Shown: one piece after another, positions 54,001 to 62,934 of the stretch
Numbering within the stretch: the stretch's first letter is position 1
Layout: each line of letters starts with the position of its first letter
Assembly: GCA_937899625.1 (NCBI GenBank)
Contig: CALCCB010000083.1
Coordinates: 463-64,462 of the forward strand
DNA: 64,000 nucleotides
Origin: an uncultured Bacteroidota bacterium
GTDB taxonomy: Bacteria > Bacteroidota > Bacteroidia > Flavobacteriales_D > Crocinitomicaceae
Direction: 5' to 3'
Notes under the pieces: model-generated
What the model was told of the DNA's origin: nothing
Databases searched by the model: none
The model's input: the letters and a program-made list of their open reading frames with translations, nothing else
Program-made: the position numbers and the translations under genes

Positions 54001-54543
54001 TTACCACTTGACAAGAAACACATGGCTATCTTCTGGTAAATCACCTCTGTCTATTTCAACCATAGTTGTTTCAATATTGAATCTTTTTCCAAGCCCCCTT
54101 ACTAAACCAAACAACATTGGCGTTAACCCTTTTCTATGTGATGTGTAAATTAGCTCTAATGAATTTTCAGCTTTATTACGAACCTGAAACTTTGGTGCCT
54201 GAAGATGTGGCATAATATTGTTCATTCTGTAATGAAGCATGTCCAAGTTTTCCAAGAAATCAACAAAGTTGCTTCCTGTTATATTCATAAGGTCATTGTA
54301 TCCTTCATCTGCTGTATATAAGATCCAGTATTCACCAAAAGCATCTAAAACTACAGAGGCGTCTGCTTTTAAAACGATTGAGGCATTCTTTACAAGAGTA
54401 TATGTCAATTCATCTGGATATGAATCCATTGCAACAAAATCTCCTTCATCAAAATCACTCAAATCACAGATTACTTCCCATTTATCTTCCCCAAACTTTT
54501 CAGTCACTAAATCTTTGATTGCTTTATTTACTAAACCGTACAT
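54001..54543 (-). CDS. H-NOX (heme nitric oxide/oxygen-binding, HNOB) domain protein
   Basis: 180 aa. The N-terminus is MYGLVNKAIKDLV..FGEDKWE. The proximal His is in FLENLDMLHYRM (His104). The YxSxR motif is in LIYTSHRKGL (Y133, S135, R137). From memory these align with sGC beta1 MYGFVNHAL / FLQNLDALHDHL / HYYSEREGL. Confidence 0.85.
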   Translation of the reverse strand: MYGLVNKAIKDLVTEKFGEDKWEVICDLSDFDEGDFVAMDSYPDELTYTLVKNASIVLKADASVVLDAFGEYWILYTADEGYNDLMNITGSNFVDFLENLDMLHYRMNNIMPHLQAPKFQVRNKAENSLELIYTSHRKGLTPMLFGLVRGLGKRFNIETTMVEIDRGDLPEDSHVFLVKW

Positions 54544-54611
54544 TTTACACTTATTTTATATATTTGTTATAAAGTACTAATTTACTACCTAAAATTGATA
54601 ATATACAAATC

Positions 54612-55094
54612 ATGACGAATAAAGAATTTTTCAAAACAATACTTTCTACGGAATTAAAGGCAACGGCAGATATAATTGCTTCAATACCGAATGATCAAAT
54701 GGGTTATAGGCCGCATGAAAGAAGTAGAAGCGCATACGAGATTGCAGAACATATTATTGCCCATGCTTATGACTTTTCGGTAATCTTAGAGAATGATAAA
54801 TGTGACGAATGTCTTGTTTATCCATTTTCAAGTGCTGAAGAGGGTTCCGCAAAACTGACAAAGCTTTGGAACGATGCGATAGGTAAGTTGGATACATATG
54901 ATGAGAATAAATGGTCGAATGAGATGGTAGAACTTTTGGTAGAGGGTAACGTTTTTGGAAGTATGCCCAGAACCAATATGATGTGGTTCTTCCTTTTCGA
55001 TATTATTCATCATAGAGGTCAATTGTCTTCGTACATTAGACCAATGGGAGGTAAGAATCCTGCAGTATACGGTTACTCCGCTGATACTATTTAA
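54612..55094 (+). CDS. DinB-family protein
   Basis: 160 aa with four-helix-bundle-type motifs (IAEHIIAH ... FDIIHHRGQLSSY). Confidence 0.8.
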   Translation: MTNKEFFKTILSTELKATADIIASIPNDQMGYRPHERSRSAYEIAEHIIAHAYDFSVILENDKCDECLVYPFSSAEEGSAKLTKLWNDAIGKLDTYDENKWSNEMVELLVEGNVFGSMPRTNMMWFFLFDIIHHRGQLSSYIRPMGGKNPAVYGYSADTI

Positions 55095-55115
55095 CGATTT
55101 CCATTATTCAGATTC

Positions 55116-55141
55116 GGGATCACATTGTGATCCCTTTTTTT
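55116..55141 (+). terminator. Rho-independent terminator after the DinB-family gene
   Basis: gggatcac (55116-55123) / gtgatccc (55127-55134), 3-nt loop, T7 run at 55135-55141. Confidence 0.85.
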
Positions 55142-55171
55142 GTTTATTATATCTTTACTCAAACCGCTGAA

Positions 55172-55576
55172 ATGAGACTCTATCTTTTAACTGTTTTTGC
55201 TTCGTTATTGACCCGTATTGGGTACTCGCAGGATTTTTTTCAGCTGAAGGCTTTTCAACCTCCTTCTGATTTTGAAAACATCCACGTGCAGAAAATTGCA
55301 GAAGATTCTCTTCAAAGCTCATTTCTGATCTGGATCAAAAAAGACGTAAAGGGACATTTTCATCAGAAACATACCGAAAATATTGTAGTTCTTGAAGGGA
55401 AGGCAGAAATGTTTTTTAATGGAGAAAAGATCATCATTGAAAAAGGAGATTATCTCAATGTCCCAGAAGGAACTCATCACTCTGTAGTAAGAGTTTTATC
55501 TAAAAACCCACTTAAAGTTTTGTCTATCCAGTCCCCATATTTCGATGGAAAGGATAGAGAATTTATCACTCAATAA
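55172..55576 (+). CDS. cupin-domain protein with signal peptide
   Basis: The start is moved to MRLYLLTVFASLL (ATG at 55172), because the track start at 55127 lies inside the terminator hairpin. The cupin motifs are GHFHQKHTENIVVLEG and PEGTHHSV. Confidence 0.75.
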   Translation: MRLYLLTVFASLLTRIGYSQDFFQLKAFQPPSDFENIHVQKIAEDSLQSSFLIWIKKDVKGHFHQKHTENIVVLEGKAEMFFNGEKIIIEKGDYLNVPEGTHHSVVRVLSKNPLKVLSIQSPYFDGKDREFITQ

Positions 55577-55578
55577 TT

Positions 55579-57030
55579 ATGAATAATTTATTCAGCCTGT
55601 TTCTTTTTATGCCAACTCATTTGCTCTTAGCACAAAGTCCAACTGTCTTCTGGGAACCGGAAATTCCAGTTTCTGATGGGTCAATATATGGAAACATAAG
55701 ACCTAGAATTGTTGTTGCCGCCGATAATGTGCCAATGGTCGTGTATGGCAAAGCAGGAGGTGCACTGAATGCATCCCGATGGAACGGAACCGGATTCGAT
55801 ACTCCGGTTTCCCTGTTACCAGCAAACATGAGCTCTTATCTTGCGTCATGGACGGGTCCAGATGCTGCTTCAAAAGGAGATACAGTGGTTATCGTTTTCA
55901 AAGCGCAACCCATTGAAGTAGGGAATGTTTATTCTGTTCGATCATTTGATGGCGGGATCACTTTTTCAGACACGATAAGAGTAGATGATCACAATCTGGG
56001 GGTTGCCTGGTTACCTTCACTTGATATGGATGAGAATGGTAATCCAAGTGTGATATACATGGCACACGATCCGGTTTGGGTACATCCTCGCTATGTAGTC
56101 ACCCATTCGACAGATCAGGGTGCAACCTATCAAGGCGAAATGGAGATCGCGTTATCTATTCCTGATGAAGCTTGCGATTGCTGTCCAGCTGAATATGTAA
56201 TCAATGGAAACCAGCACGCACTGTTGTATCGAAACAATGAATCAAATATCCGAGACATCTATGCAGTTTATTCTACCGATGACGGAATGACTTATCCTTC
56301 TTTTGAAAATATAGATCAGCTGTCCTGGGCAGTGACTTCTTGTCCTTCGACCGGGCCTCATGGGATCTTCTCCAATGATAAGCTGATCAGCGTTTATGCA
56401 AGCAGAGCAGGTGGAACATACCGTACCTATATATCAGAAACGGATGCTACAACTGGATTGTCGTACGTTTCAACGACCATGATGACACCTCCTGCAAGTG
56501 GAGCCGGAAGTCAGAATTACCCAAGAATAGCCGGACAAGGAGATACGCTATTTGTCGCGTGGCAAGAAGCTGAAACTTCCAACAATGAGATCATGTTTGC
56601 CTGGACGACGACAGGAAGTATCAGTGAATTATTGTCTTCCAAGCAAATGGTAAATACGACCACGACCAGTGCTCAAACGAATCCTGACATTGCCTACAAG
56701 GATGGCTTTATTCATTTGGTATACCAAGATGCATCTGCGGGAGACGTGATCTATCGAAGAGGGATTCTGGGAACTTTATCTGTTGAAGATGAGATGTTAA
56801 GTTCCGTTCAAATTTCTCCCAACCCGAGCGTGAACAGTAAATTCTTCCTTAACGCCAGCGACTATTCTTCTATCGAATTGATAGACATCCAGGGAAATAT
56901 AGTACCTGTAAACATCATTCACCACTCATCCCAAACAGAGATCGATCTGGGGACAAATTACGGTACATTTATTCTAAAAGTCTCCAATGAGAAGGGAGAC
57001 CAAACGATCAGAATTCAAAATTCAAAATAA
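55579..57030 (+). CDS. BNR/Asp-box repeat protein with a T9SS type-A C-terminal sorting domain
   Basis: 483 aa. The Asp-boxes are SFDGGITFS, STDQGATYQ and STDDGMTYP. The C-terminus VQISPNPSVNSKFFLN...GTFILKVSNEKGDQTIRIQ is typical of type-A (Por) CTDs. Confidence 0.75.
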   Translation: MNNLFSLFLFMPTHLLLAQSPTVFWEPEIPVSDGSIYGNIRPRIVVAADNVPMVVYGKAGGALNASRWNGTGFDTPVSLLPANMSSYLASWTGPDAASKGDTVVIVFKAQPIEVGNVYSVRSFDGGITFSDTIRVDDHNLGVAWLPSLDMDENGNPSVIYMAHDPVWVHPRYVVTHSTDQGATYQGEMEIALSIPDEACDCCPAEYVINGNQHALLYRNNESNIRDIYAVYSTDDGMTYPSFENIDQLSWAVTSCPSTGPHGIFSNDKLISVYASRAGGTYRTYISETDATTGLSYVSTTMMTPPASGAGSQNYPRIAGQGDTLFVAWQEAETSNNEIMFAWTTTGSISELLSSKQMVNTTTTSAQTNPDIAYKDGFIHLVYQDASAGDVIYRRGILGTLSVEDEMLSSVQISPNPSVNSKFFLNASDYSSIELIDIQGNIVPVNIIHHSSQTEIDLGTNYGTFILKVSNEKGDQTIRIQNSK

Positions 57031-57036
57031 AACGCC

Positions 57037-57351
57037 ATGATCTTAACCACAACTGAAACCGTTCCAAACAAAGAGATCGACCAGATCCTTGGAGTTGCAA
57101 GAGGAAGTACTGTACGCGCCCGAAATGTTGGCCGTGATATCCTTGCAGGATTGAAAAACATCGTCGGAGGGGAAATCGAAGAATACACAAAACTTCAAGC
57201 TGATTCCAGAGAACAAGCGATGAAACGAATGATCCAGGAGGCAGAAAGACTAGGCGCCGATGCGATCGTAAATATTCGATTCAGCACCAGTATGATTGCT
57301 CAGGGAGCAGCAGAGATCCTTGCGTATGGAACCGCAGTAAAATTCAAGTAA
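57037..57351 (+). CDS. YbjQ/UPF0145-family protein
   Basis: 104 aa: MILTTTETVPNKEI...GEIEEYTKL...AMKRMIQEAERLGADAIVNIRF. Confidence 0.85.
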   Translation: MILTTTETVPNKEIDQILGVARGSTVRARNVGRDILAGLKNIVGGEIEEYTKLQADSREQAMKRMIQEAERLGADAIVNIRFSTSMIAQGAAEILAYGTAVKFK

Positions 57352-57352
57352 G

Positions 57353-57481
57353 ATGCCTTTCATTGCAGGACTTATCATTGCAGGCGAAGTATTGTTCTTT
57401 GCTGCTTGTGCGGTGATCATTGTGTATTTGATCGTGAAACGATACAACCAAAAAGAAGATTTCGATAAACGAGATAACTAG
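57353..57481 (+). CDS. small (42 aa) single-pass membrane peptide, not in the ORF track
   Basis: My translation is MPFIAGLIIAGEVLFFAACAVIIVYLIVKRYNQKEDFDKRDN. The ATG lies 1 nt after the YbjQ stop, and a terminator hairpin follows. Confidence 0.45.
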   Translation: MPFIAGLIIAGEVLFFAACAVIIVYLIVKRYNQKEDFDKRDN

Positions 57482-57486
57482 ATATC

Positions 57487-57513
57487 AAAAAAATCCCCGC
57501 TTCTAGCGGGGAT
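57487..57513 (-). terminator. Rho-independent terminator (minus-strand BNR gene; hairpin also follows the plus-strand genes)
   Basis: atccccgc (57493-57500) / gcggggat (57506-57513). The A7 run at 57487-57493 gives a T-run on the minus strand. Confidence 0.8.
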
Positions 57514-57550
57514 TAATCAGTATTTCAGTTCTTCATCCGGATCGTTCGAA

Positions 57551-60500
57551 TCAGTCCTTTTTGACAAACTCTTCAAATGATTTTAATTCGATGAACTTAA
57601 TTCCAGCCTTTTCTGTTGCGGTCTTGTACTTCGTTACCTGAGCACTTTTGATTGCACTAAAACTCTTTTTCGCTTCTTGCAATTGTTTCTCCAGCATTGC
57701 CAGATTTTCCAATTGAGTTTTAGAAGGAGCCCCATAATATGAACCCACGGTACTGTATAGGTCACTCAGTTTTTCTCTTAATTGCTTTTCTCCGGCACCC
57801 ACATAGTTATCACCTTTAGTGATAACCAATCCGTCCTTGAGTGCATTAAGCTCAGTATTCAACTTTAATGCCTGTTTTTTCAGAGAAGCATTTGTTTTTA
57901 GGGTGTTATCTGTATGTGCAATCAGCTCATCAATTTCATACACCATATATGCCAGATCTTCCGTCATTGAAAACATTTTCATTGTCGTTTCATGCTGAAG
58001 CTTTCTTTCTTCAGCCGAATACATTGAGTTCTCTGGGTATTTCACATCGATGAATGATTCGAACGTTTCTTTCCCTTTCGTGATCACAATTTTGTATCTA
58101 CCTTCAACTACTCTTGGTGCGAAGAAACCTCCTGCATCGATCGTTTTACCTGATGCTACTTTTGGAGCCATAGAGACATAATTCCATTCCACAATGTTTA
58201 TCCCTTTTTGCTTCCCCGGAGATACATTTGAAATTTTATTCGCGTTGTTGTCGAAAATTTCCAGTGTCATTTTGCCAAAAGTATGTCGCTTTGATAGGTA
58301 ATAGCTGATCTTCGCACTTGTAGATGGATTAGACCCAACAAATTGAGTTTCGCCACTGGCTCCTCCAAAAGAGCTGGTTTCATCCATGTAAACCGTTTGA
58401 GGAGTGAAGAAATGAAGTGTTTTGCTCATCACTTCCGTATTCAACTCTCTTAATGGACTAACGTCATCGATGATAATGATCCCTCTACCATGTGTCCCTA
58501 AAATCAGATCGTTTGTTTTCGGATGCATCTCGATATAATGCACCGCTGCTGCTGGCACTCCATTGGTGAATTTATACCAGTGTGCACCACCGTCAACAGT
58601 TACGTATAAACCAAATTCTGTTCCCAAGTATAGTAATTCAGGGTTTTTATAGTCTTCCTGAATGTTTCTTGTAAATCCTGACACATCAGCAGTGATGATT
58701 GATTTCCAGGTCTTTCCGAAATCTGCAGTTTTAAGCACGTACGTCGATTTATCATTGCGTGTGTGTCCATCAAAAACGGCATATGCTGTTCCCTTATTAA
58801 ATACGCTTGCTTCAATGTGGTAGCACCATGTATTTTTTGGAATCCCTGTCAGATTGGCTGTTACGTTTGCCCAGGTCTTCCCTCCGTCAGTCGTTAGCTG
58901 AACATTACCATCATCAGTTCCAATCCATATGACGTTTTGGTCAAGAGGCGACTCTGCAATGGTGAAAATGGTACAATGATTTTCAGCACCTGAATTATCT
59001 GCTGAGAGTCCACCGGACTCCACCTGATTTTGCTTAGATGCATCGTTCGTCGTAAGATCCGGAGAGATCTTCGTCCAGTTATCCCCCTTGTCATCGGAAC
59101 GATGCAAGAATTGACTCCCCATATAAAGTCTGTCAGGAGCATGTTTACTAGTCGTGATGGCAGCATTCCAGTTGAAGCGAAGTTTTGGATCTCCCTGGAC
59201 CGGCCAAGGTTTAATCACCTTCATTTGCTTCTTTTCCTGGTCGTATCTCCAAACCCCTTCTGCTCCCTGCATTTCTGAGTAAACAATACTAGGATTAGTT
59301 GGGTGAGAATACACTCTGAAACCATCTCCCATTCCTACAGATTCCCAATCACGCGCTTCTATTCCACCTGGACTTGCAGATGGGCCGAACCAAGAACCAT
59401 TATCCTGCAGACCACCATAAATATTGTACGGCGTATGGTTGTCAACACTTACATGATAGAATTGACAGATCGGTAGGTTTTCAATGATCTCCATTGTAGT
59501 TCCTCCATTCAAAGAACGATACAAACCACCATCTGTCGCCACGAACATCTTATCTGAATCTTTGATGTCAAACCAGATATCATGAATGTCTGAGTGCATT
59601 GATCCGAGATTTTTGAAGGTCTTCCCGCCATCGTGGCTTATTGAACCCCCGAGTCCTGCTTTTGCAACCGTTTCAGGATCTTTCGGATCAACAACAATTC
59701 TTGAGAAATAAAACGGACGCACAGTCAATTCAAAATCACTATTCAAATGTTTCCAGGTTTTACCTGCATCATCAGATCGATATAGTCCTTTCTCATTCGC
59801 TTTTTCAGCCTCTACAACTGCATAAAGGATCTGCGAGTTTGATGGCGCAACCGTCACGGCAATTCTTCCCAGTTTTCCTGTCGGGAAACCATTGTGGATC
59901 TTTGCCCAGGTTTTACCACCATCTGTGGATTTGTACAAAGAGCTATTCATTCCACCGGAATTGAAAGAATAAGCAGTCCTCCTGAATTCCCAAAAGGACG
60001 CATAAAGCGTATTTGGGTCATTAGGGTCCATGATCAGATCAGAACATCCAGTAGCAGCATTCACAAATAGAATTTTAGTCCATGTTTGTCCACCATCAGT
60101 AGTTTTAAAAACACCTCGATCTTCGCTATCTCCCCACAGTGCGCCAAGTGCACCCACGTAAATTGTATTTTGATCTCTCGGATCTATTTCGATCGCACTG
60201 ATGCGTTCTGTTTTTTCCAGTCCGAATTTTTTCCAGTTGTTTCCTCCATCATTTGAACGATAGATCCCATCACCGATAGATACACTATTTCTGGTCCAAA
60301 CCTCTCCTGTCCCAACCCAAAGCGTGTTGTCCGGATCTGATGGATCAATCGCTACAGCACCAATGGATTGTGGAAGATCGTCAAAGATCGAGTTAAATCG
60401 AACACCGCCATCTTGAGACTTCCAAACGCCACCTCCGGCAGTTCCAATGTAAATTACTTTATTGTTCGTCGGATGACCTTCAATATCCGAAACTCTACCT

Positions 60501-60631
60501 GACATCAATGCCGGACCAATTTGACGAGCCTTTAAATCTCCAAAAATTTCTTTTCCAGCAATGACAGACGCCTCCTGTGCATTCACAGAAAATGCAGTCC
60601 ATAAGATTCCTATAGATACTAATTTCTTCAT
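57551..60631 (-). CDS. sortilin/VPS10-type BNR-repeat beta-propeller protein (often annotated as glycosyl hydrolase, BNR repeat)
   Basis: 1026 aa with a signal peptide. About ten Asp-boxes are present (SQDGGVRF, SNDGGNNW, TTDGGQTW, STDGGKTW, SDDAGKTW, SHDGGKTF, SDDKGDNW, TTDGGKTW, TADFGKTW, TVDGGAHW). The C-terminal tail is helical. Confidence 0.8.
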   Translation of the reverse strand: MKKLVSIGILWTAFSVNAQEASVIAGKEIFGDLKARQIGPALMSGRVSDIEGHPTNNKVIYIGTAGGGVWKSQDGGVRFNSIFDDLPQSIGAVAIDPSDPDNTLWVGTGEVWTRNSVSIGDGIYRSNDGGNNWKKFGLEKTERISAIEIDPRDQNTIYVGALGALWGDSEDRGVFKTTDGGQTWTKILFVNAATGCSDLIMDPNDPNTLYASFWEFRRTAYSFNSGGMNSSLYKSTDGGKTWAKIHNGFPTGKLGRIAVTVAPSNSQILYAVVEAEKANEKGLYRSDDAGKTWKHLNSDFELTVRPFYFSRIVVDPKDPETVAKAGLGGSISHDGGKTFKNLGSMHSDIHDIWFDIKDSDKMFVATDGGLYRSLNGGTTMEIIENLPICQFYHVSVDNHTPYNIYGGLQDNGSWFGPSASPGGIEARDWESVGMGDGFRVYSHPTNPSIVYSEMQGAEGVWRYDQEKKQMKVIKPWPVQGDPKLRFNWNAAITTSKHAPDRLYMGSQFLHRSDDKGDNWTKISPDLTTNDASKQNQVESGGLSADNSGAENHCTIFTIAESPLDQNVIWIGTDDGNVQLTTDGGKTWANVTANLTGIPKNTWCYHIEASVFNKGTAYAVFDGHTRNDKSTYVLKTADFGKTWKSIITADVSGFTRNIQEDYKNPELLYLGTEFGLYVTVDGGAHWYKFTNGVPAAAVHYIEMHPKTNDLILGTHGRGIIIIDDVSPLRELNTEVMSKTLHFFTPQTVYMDETSSFGGASGETQFVGSNPSTSAKISYYLSKRHTFGKMTLEIFDNNANKISNVSPGKQKGINIVEWNYVSMAPKVASGKTIDAGGFFAPRVVEGRYKIVITKGKETFESFIDVKYPENSMYSAEERKLQHETTMKMFSMTEDLAYMVYEIDELIAHTDNTLKTNASLKKQALKLNTELNALKDGLVITKGDNYVGAGEKQLREKLSDLYSTVGSYYGAPSKTQLENLAMLEKQLQEAKKSFSAIKSAQVTKYKTATEKAGIKFIELKSFEEFVKKD

Positions 60632-60652
60632 GGTGTTTAATTGAATTACCGC

Positions 60653-61396
60653 TTACTCTGCAGGGAAGGCGAACATACTTTCCTCGTAGTTCTTGTTTAG
60701 CTCAATAGAATCAATCACGATCGTTTGACCCATGCCATCCTTAATTCTTTGTGTAATTGAAAAGGCAAAATAAGCTCCATCTACTTCCTGATAATCAGAA
60801 AATACCGTTTGTGAGATCTGCCCTTTCATTTCACCTTGATTGATCTCCTGCTCTACGACAATTGGCACGTAATTATCCTTATCAATATAATAGAATTCTA
60901 CATTTGGAACTCCCTCTCCATCCACCAAAAGTGGCTTCTTTGTCAATTTTAATTTAAAGCAATCAACTCCTTCGATCGTCTCATTTGGAAGAAGTTCAAC
61001 AGAATAACCTTTATCGTTATAATTCAAAAAAGGAGATACTAAATCGCCCACAGAACGCTTTATATTCTCTGTGGATTCGGCGTCTTCCTTTTCCGCTTTC
61101 ATCGTCATGAAATTAGTCCCCCAGGCCGTTGTACCATCATAAGCTCCTTGGGTAATTTCTTTTCCCTGAAAATTAATTTTGGTAAACTGACGACCATCCT
61201 TCATACTTACGATCTGTAAAGGAATGGACATCCCTCCATAGTCAACTTTAGCCTTCATTTCTACACTTGAAATGGTATTTAATTTTTCCAAACCACCAAT
61301 GGTTTCAAAGTACTGGTTGATGATTTCATCTGCAGTTTGTCCTAATGACAATACTGACATACCTATAAAAGCAATTAACAAAAAAGATCTTTTCAT
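60653..61396 (-). CDS. LolA-fold / outer-membrane lipoprotein-sorting-like periplasmic protein
   Basis: The start is chosen at MKRSFLLIAFIGMSVLSLGQ (ATG at 61394-61396). The start TADEIINQYFETIGG and the beta-rich body resemble LolA-like DUF proteins. This is a weak call. Confidence 0.5.
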   Translation of the reverse strand: MKRSFLLIAFIGMSVLSLGQTADEIINQYFETIGGLEKLNTISSVEMKAKVDYGGMSIPLQIVSMKDGRQFTKINFQGKEITQGAYDGTTAWGTNFMTMKAEKEDAESTENIKRSVGDLVSPFLNYNDKGYSVELLPNETIEGVDCFKLKLTKKPLLVDGEGVPNVEFYYIDKDNYVPIVVEQEINQGEMKGQISQTVFSDYQEVDGAYFAFSITQRIKDGMGQTIVIDSIELNKNYEESMFAFPAE

Positions 61397-61510
61397 GTGA
61401 TGTATTTTAAATAAAGATAGAAATCTTGAATGATGACCAATTAAAAGATTGATAAGCGGTTCAGACAGACCATAAAATAAGAAATTAGCCATTTGTCCGA
61501 AAAACGCTTC

Positions 61511-61538
61511 AAAAAAAATCCCCGCTTGTGGCGGGGAT
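61511..61538 (-). terminator. Rho-independent terminator of metK
   Basis: atccccgc (61518-61525) / gcggggat (61531-61538). The A8 run at 61511-61518 gives a T-run on the minus strand. The stem is identical to the one at 57493-57513. Confidence 0.85.
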
Positions 61539-61560
61539 CCTTAATTATCTGATAGGATGA

Positions 61561-62817
61561 TTATAATCCGAATGCTTTTTTGATATTATCAACGTAATCT
61601 AATTTTTCCCAAGTAAACAATTCTACATCGCGAACTTCTTTTCTTCCGTCCGGAGCAGTAAATGTTTTCTTCACTACTTCATTTTTACGACCCATGTGTC
61701 CATAAGCCGCAGTTTCAGCATACATTGGGTTTCTTAATTTCAATCGCTGTTCGATGAAATAAGGTCTCATGTCAAAGATCTCTTCGATCTTCTTCGCGAT
61801 CTCACCATCCGCCATGTTTACTTTTGAAGTACCGTACGTATTGATGAATAAACCACAAGGTTTCGCAACACCAATTGCATATGAAACCTGCACCAATACC
61901 TCATCACATAAACCTGCAGCCACCATGTTCTTCGCGATATGACGAGTTGCATAAGCAGCTGAACGGTCAACCTTAGATGGATCTTTTCCTGAAAACGCGC
62001 CACCACCGTGAGCACCCTTACCTCCGTAAGTATCAACGATGATCTTACGACCTGTCAATCCTGTATCTCCGTGTGGTCCACCGATCACGAATTTACCTGT
62101 TGGGTTAATGTGGTATTGGATATCATCAGTAAATAACTTCTGAGTTTCTGGTTTCAATTTCGCCTTTACACGAGGGATCACGATATTGATCATATCTTCC
62201 TTGATCTTCGCCAACATCTTCTCCTCAGTATCAAAATCATCATGCTGCGTAGAAACTACGATCGTGTCAATACGCTGTGGAACGTTGTCATCTGAATACT
62301 CGATCGTCACCTGTGACTTTGCATCCGGTCTTAAATAACCGATCACCTGTGGCTCATTATTTCTGATATGAGATAGCTCCTGAAGGATCTTGTGCGCGAT
62401 ATCCAATGCCAAAGGCATGTAGTTTTCTGTCTCCTTGGTTGCATAACCAAACATCATTCCCTGGTCACCAGCGCCTTGATCTTCTGGATTAGTTCTCTCC
62501 ACTCCCTGATTGATATCAGAAGACTGCTCATGAAGAGCAGAAAGAATACCACATGAATTCGCATCGAACATGTACTCAGACTTCGTATACCCGATCTTTT
62601 TGATCGTTTCACGAGCAATGTGCTGAACATCCAAATAGGTATTTGTCTTGATCTCACCTGCCAAAACCACCTGCCCTGTTGTAACAAGTGTTTCACAAGC
62701 CACCTTAGATTGTGGATCGAAGGCCATGAAATGGTCGATCAATGCGTCAGAGATCTGATCTGCTACTTTATCCGGATGTCCTTCGGATACGGATTCTGAT
62801 GTAAATAAATATGACAT
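61561..62817 (-). CDS. metK: S-adenosylmethionine synthase
   Basis: 418 aa with motifs [32 protein letters not shown] and [19 protein letters not shown]. Confidence 0.96.
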   Translation of the reverse strand: MSYLFTSESVSEGHPDKVADQISDALIDHFMAFDPQSKVACETLVTTGQVVLAGEIKTNTYLDVQHIARETIKKIGYTKSEYMFDANSCGILSALHEQSSDINQGVERTNPEDQGAGDQGMMFGYATKETENYMPLALDIAHKILQELSHIRNNEPQVIGYLRPDAKSQVTIEYSDDNVPQRIDTIVVSTQHDDFDTEEKMLAKIKEDMINIVIPRVKAKLKPETQKLFTDDIQYHINPTGKFVIGGPHGDTGLTGRKIIVDTYGGKGAHGGGAFSGKDPSKVDRSAAYATRHIAKNMVAAGLCDEVLVQVSYAIGVAKPCGLFINTYGTSKVNMADGEIAKKIEEIFDMRPYFIEQRLKLRNPMYAETAAYGHMGRKNEVVKKTFTAPDGRKEVRDVELFTWEKLDYVDNIKKAFGL

Positions 62818-62896
62818 TTCTTACTGTTAATTACGTAATTGGACTGCGAAAATAATAAAAAGCTATGGCATGCAAAAACGAAAAACGGACATAAAC

Positions 62897-62926
62897 AAAA
62901 AACGCTCTTTCGAGCGTTCCTTTTTC
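62897..62926 (-). terminator. Rho-independent terminator after the HMA-domain gene
   Basis: aacgctc (62901-62907) / gagcgtt (62912-62918). It is flanked by an A-run (62897-62902) and a T-run (62921-62925). Confidence 0.75.
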
Positions 62927-62934
62927 TTTCTTGA

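Noticed and set aside
50238-55171. The H-NOX locus might be a discrete mobile genomic island.
   Set aside because: I found no integrase, transposase, tRNA or flanking direct repeats at either border. Only the compositional signal remains, and that is reported as a separate finding.
62818-62896. A SAM riboswitch might lie in the metK leader.
   Set aside because: Only about 80 nt lie between the upstream terminator and the metK start. I could not identify any SAM-I, SAM-II or SAM-V conserved core or a convincing pseudoknot. A covariance-model scan (Rfam) would settle it.
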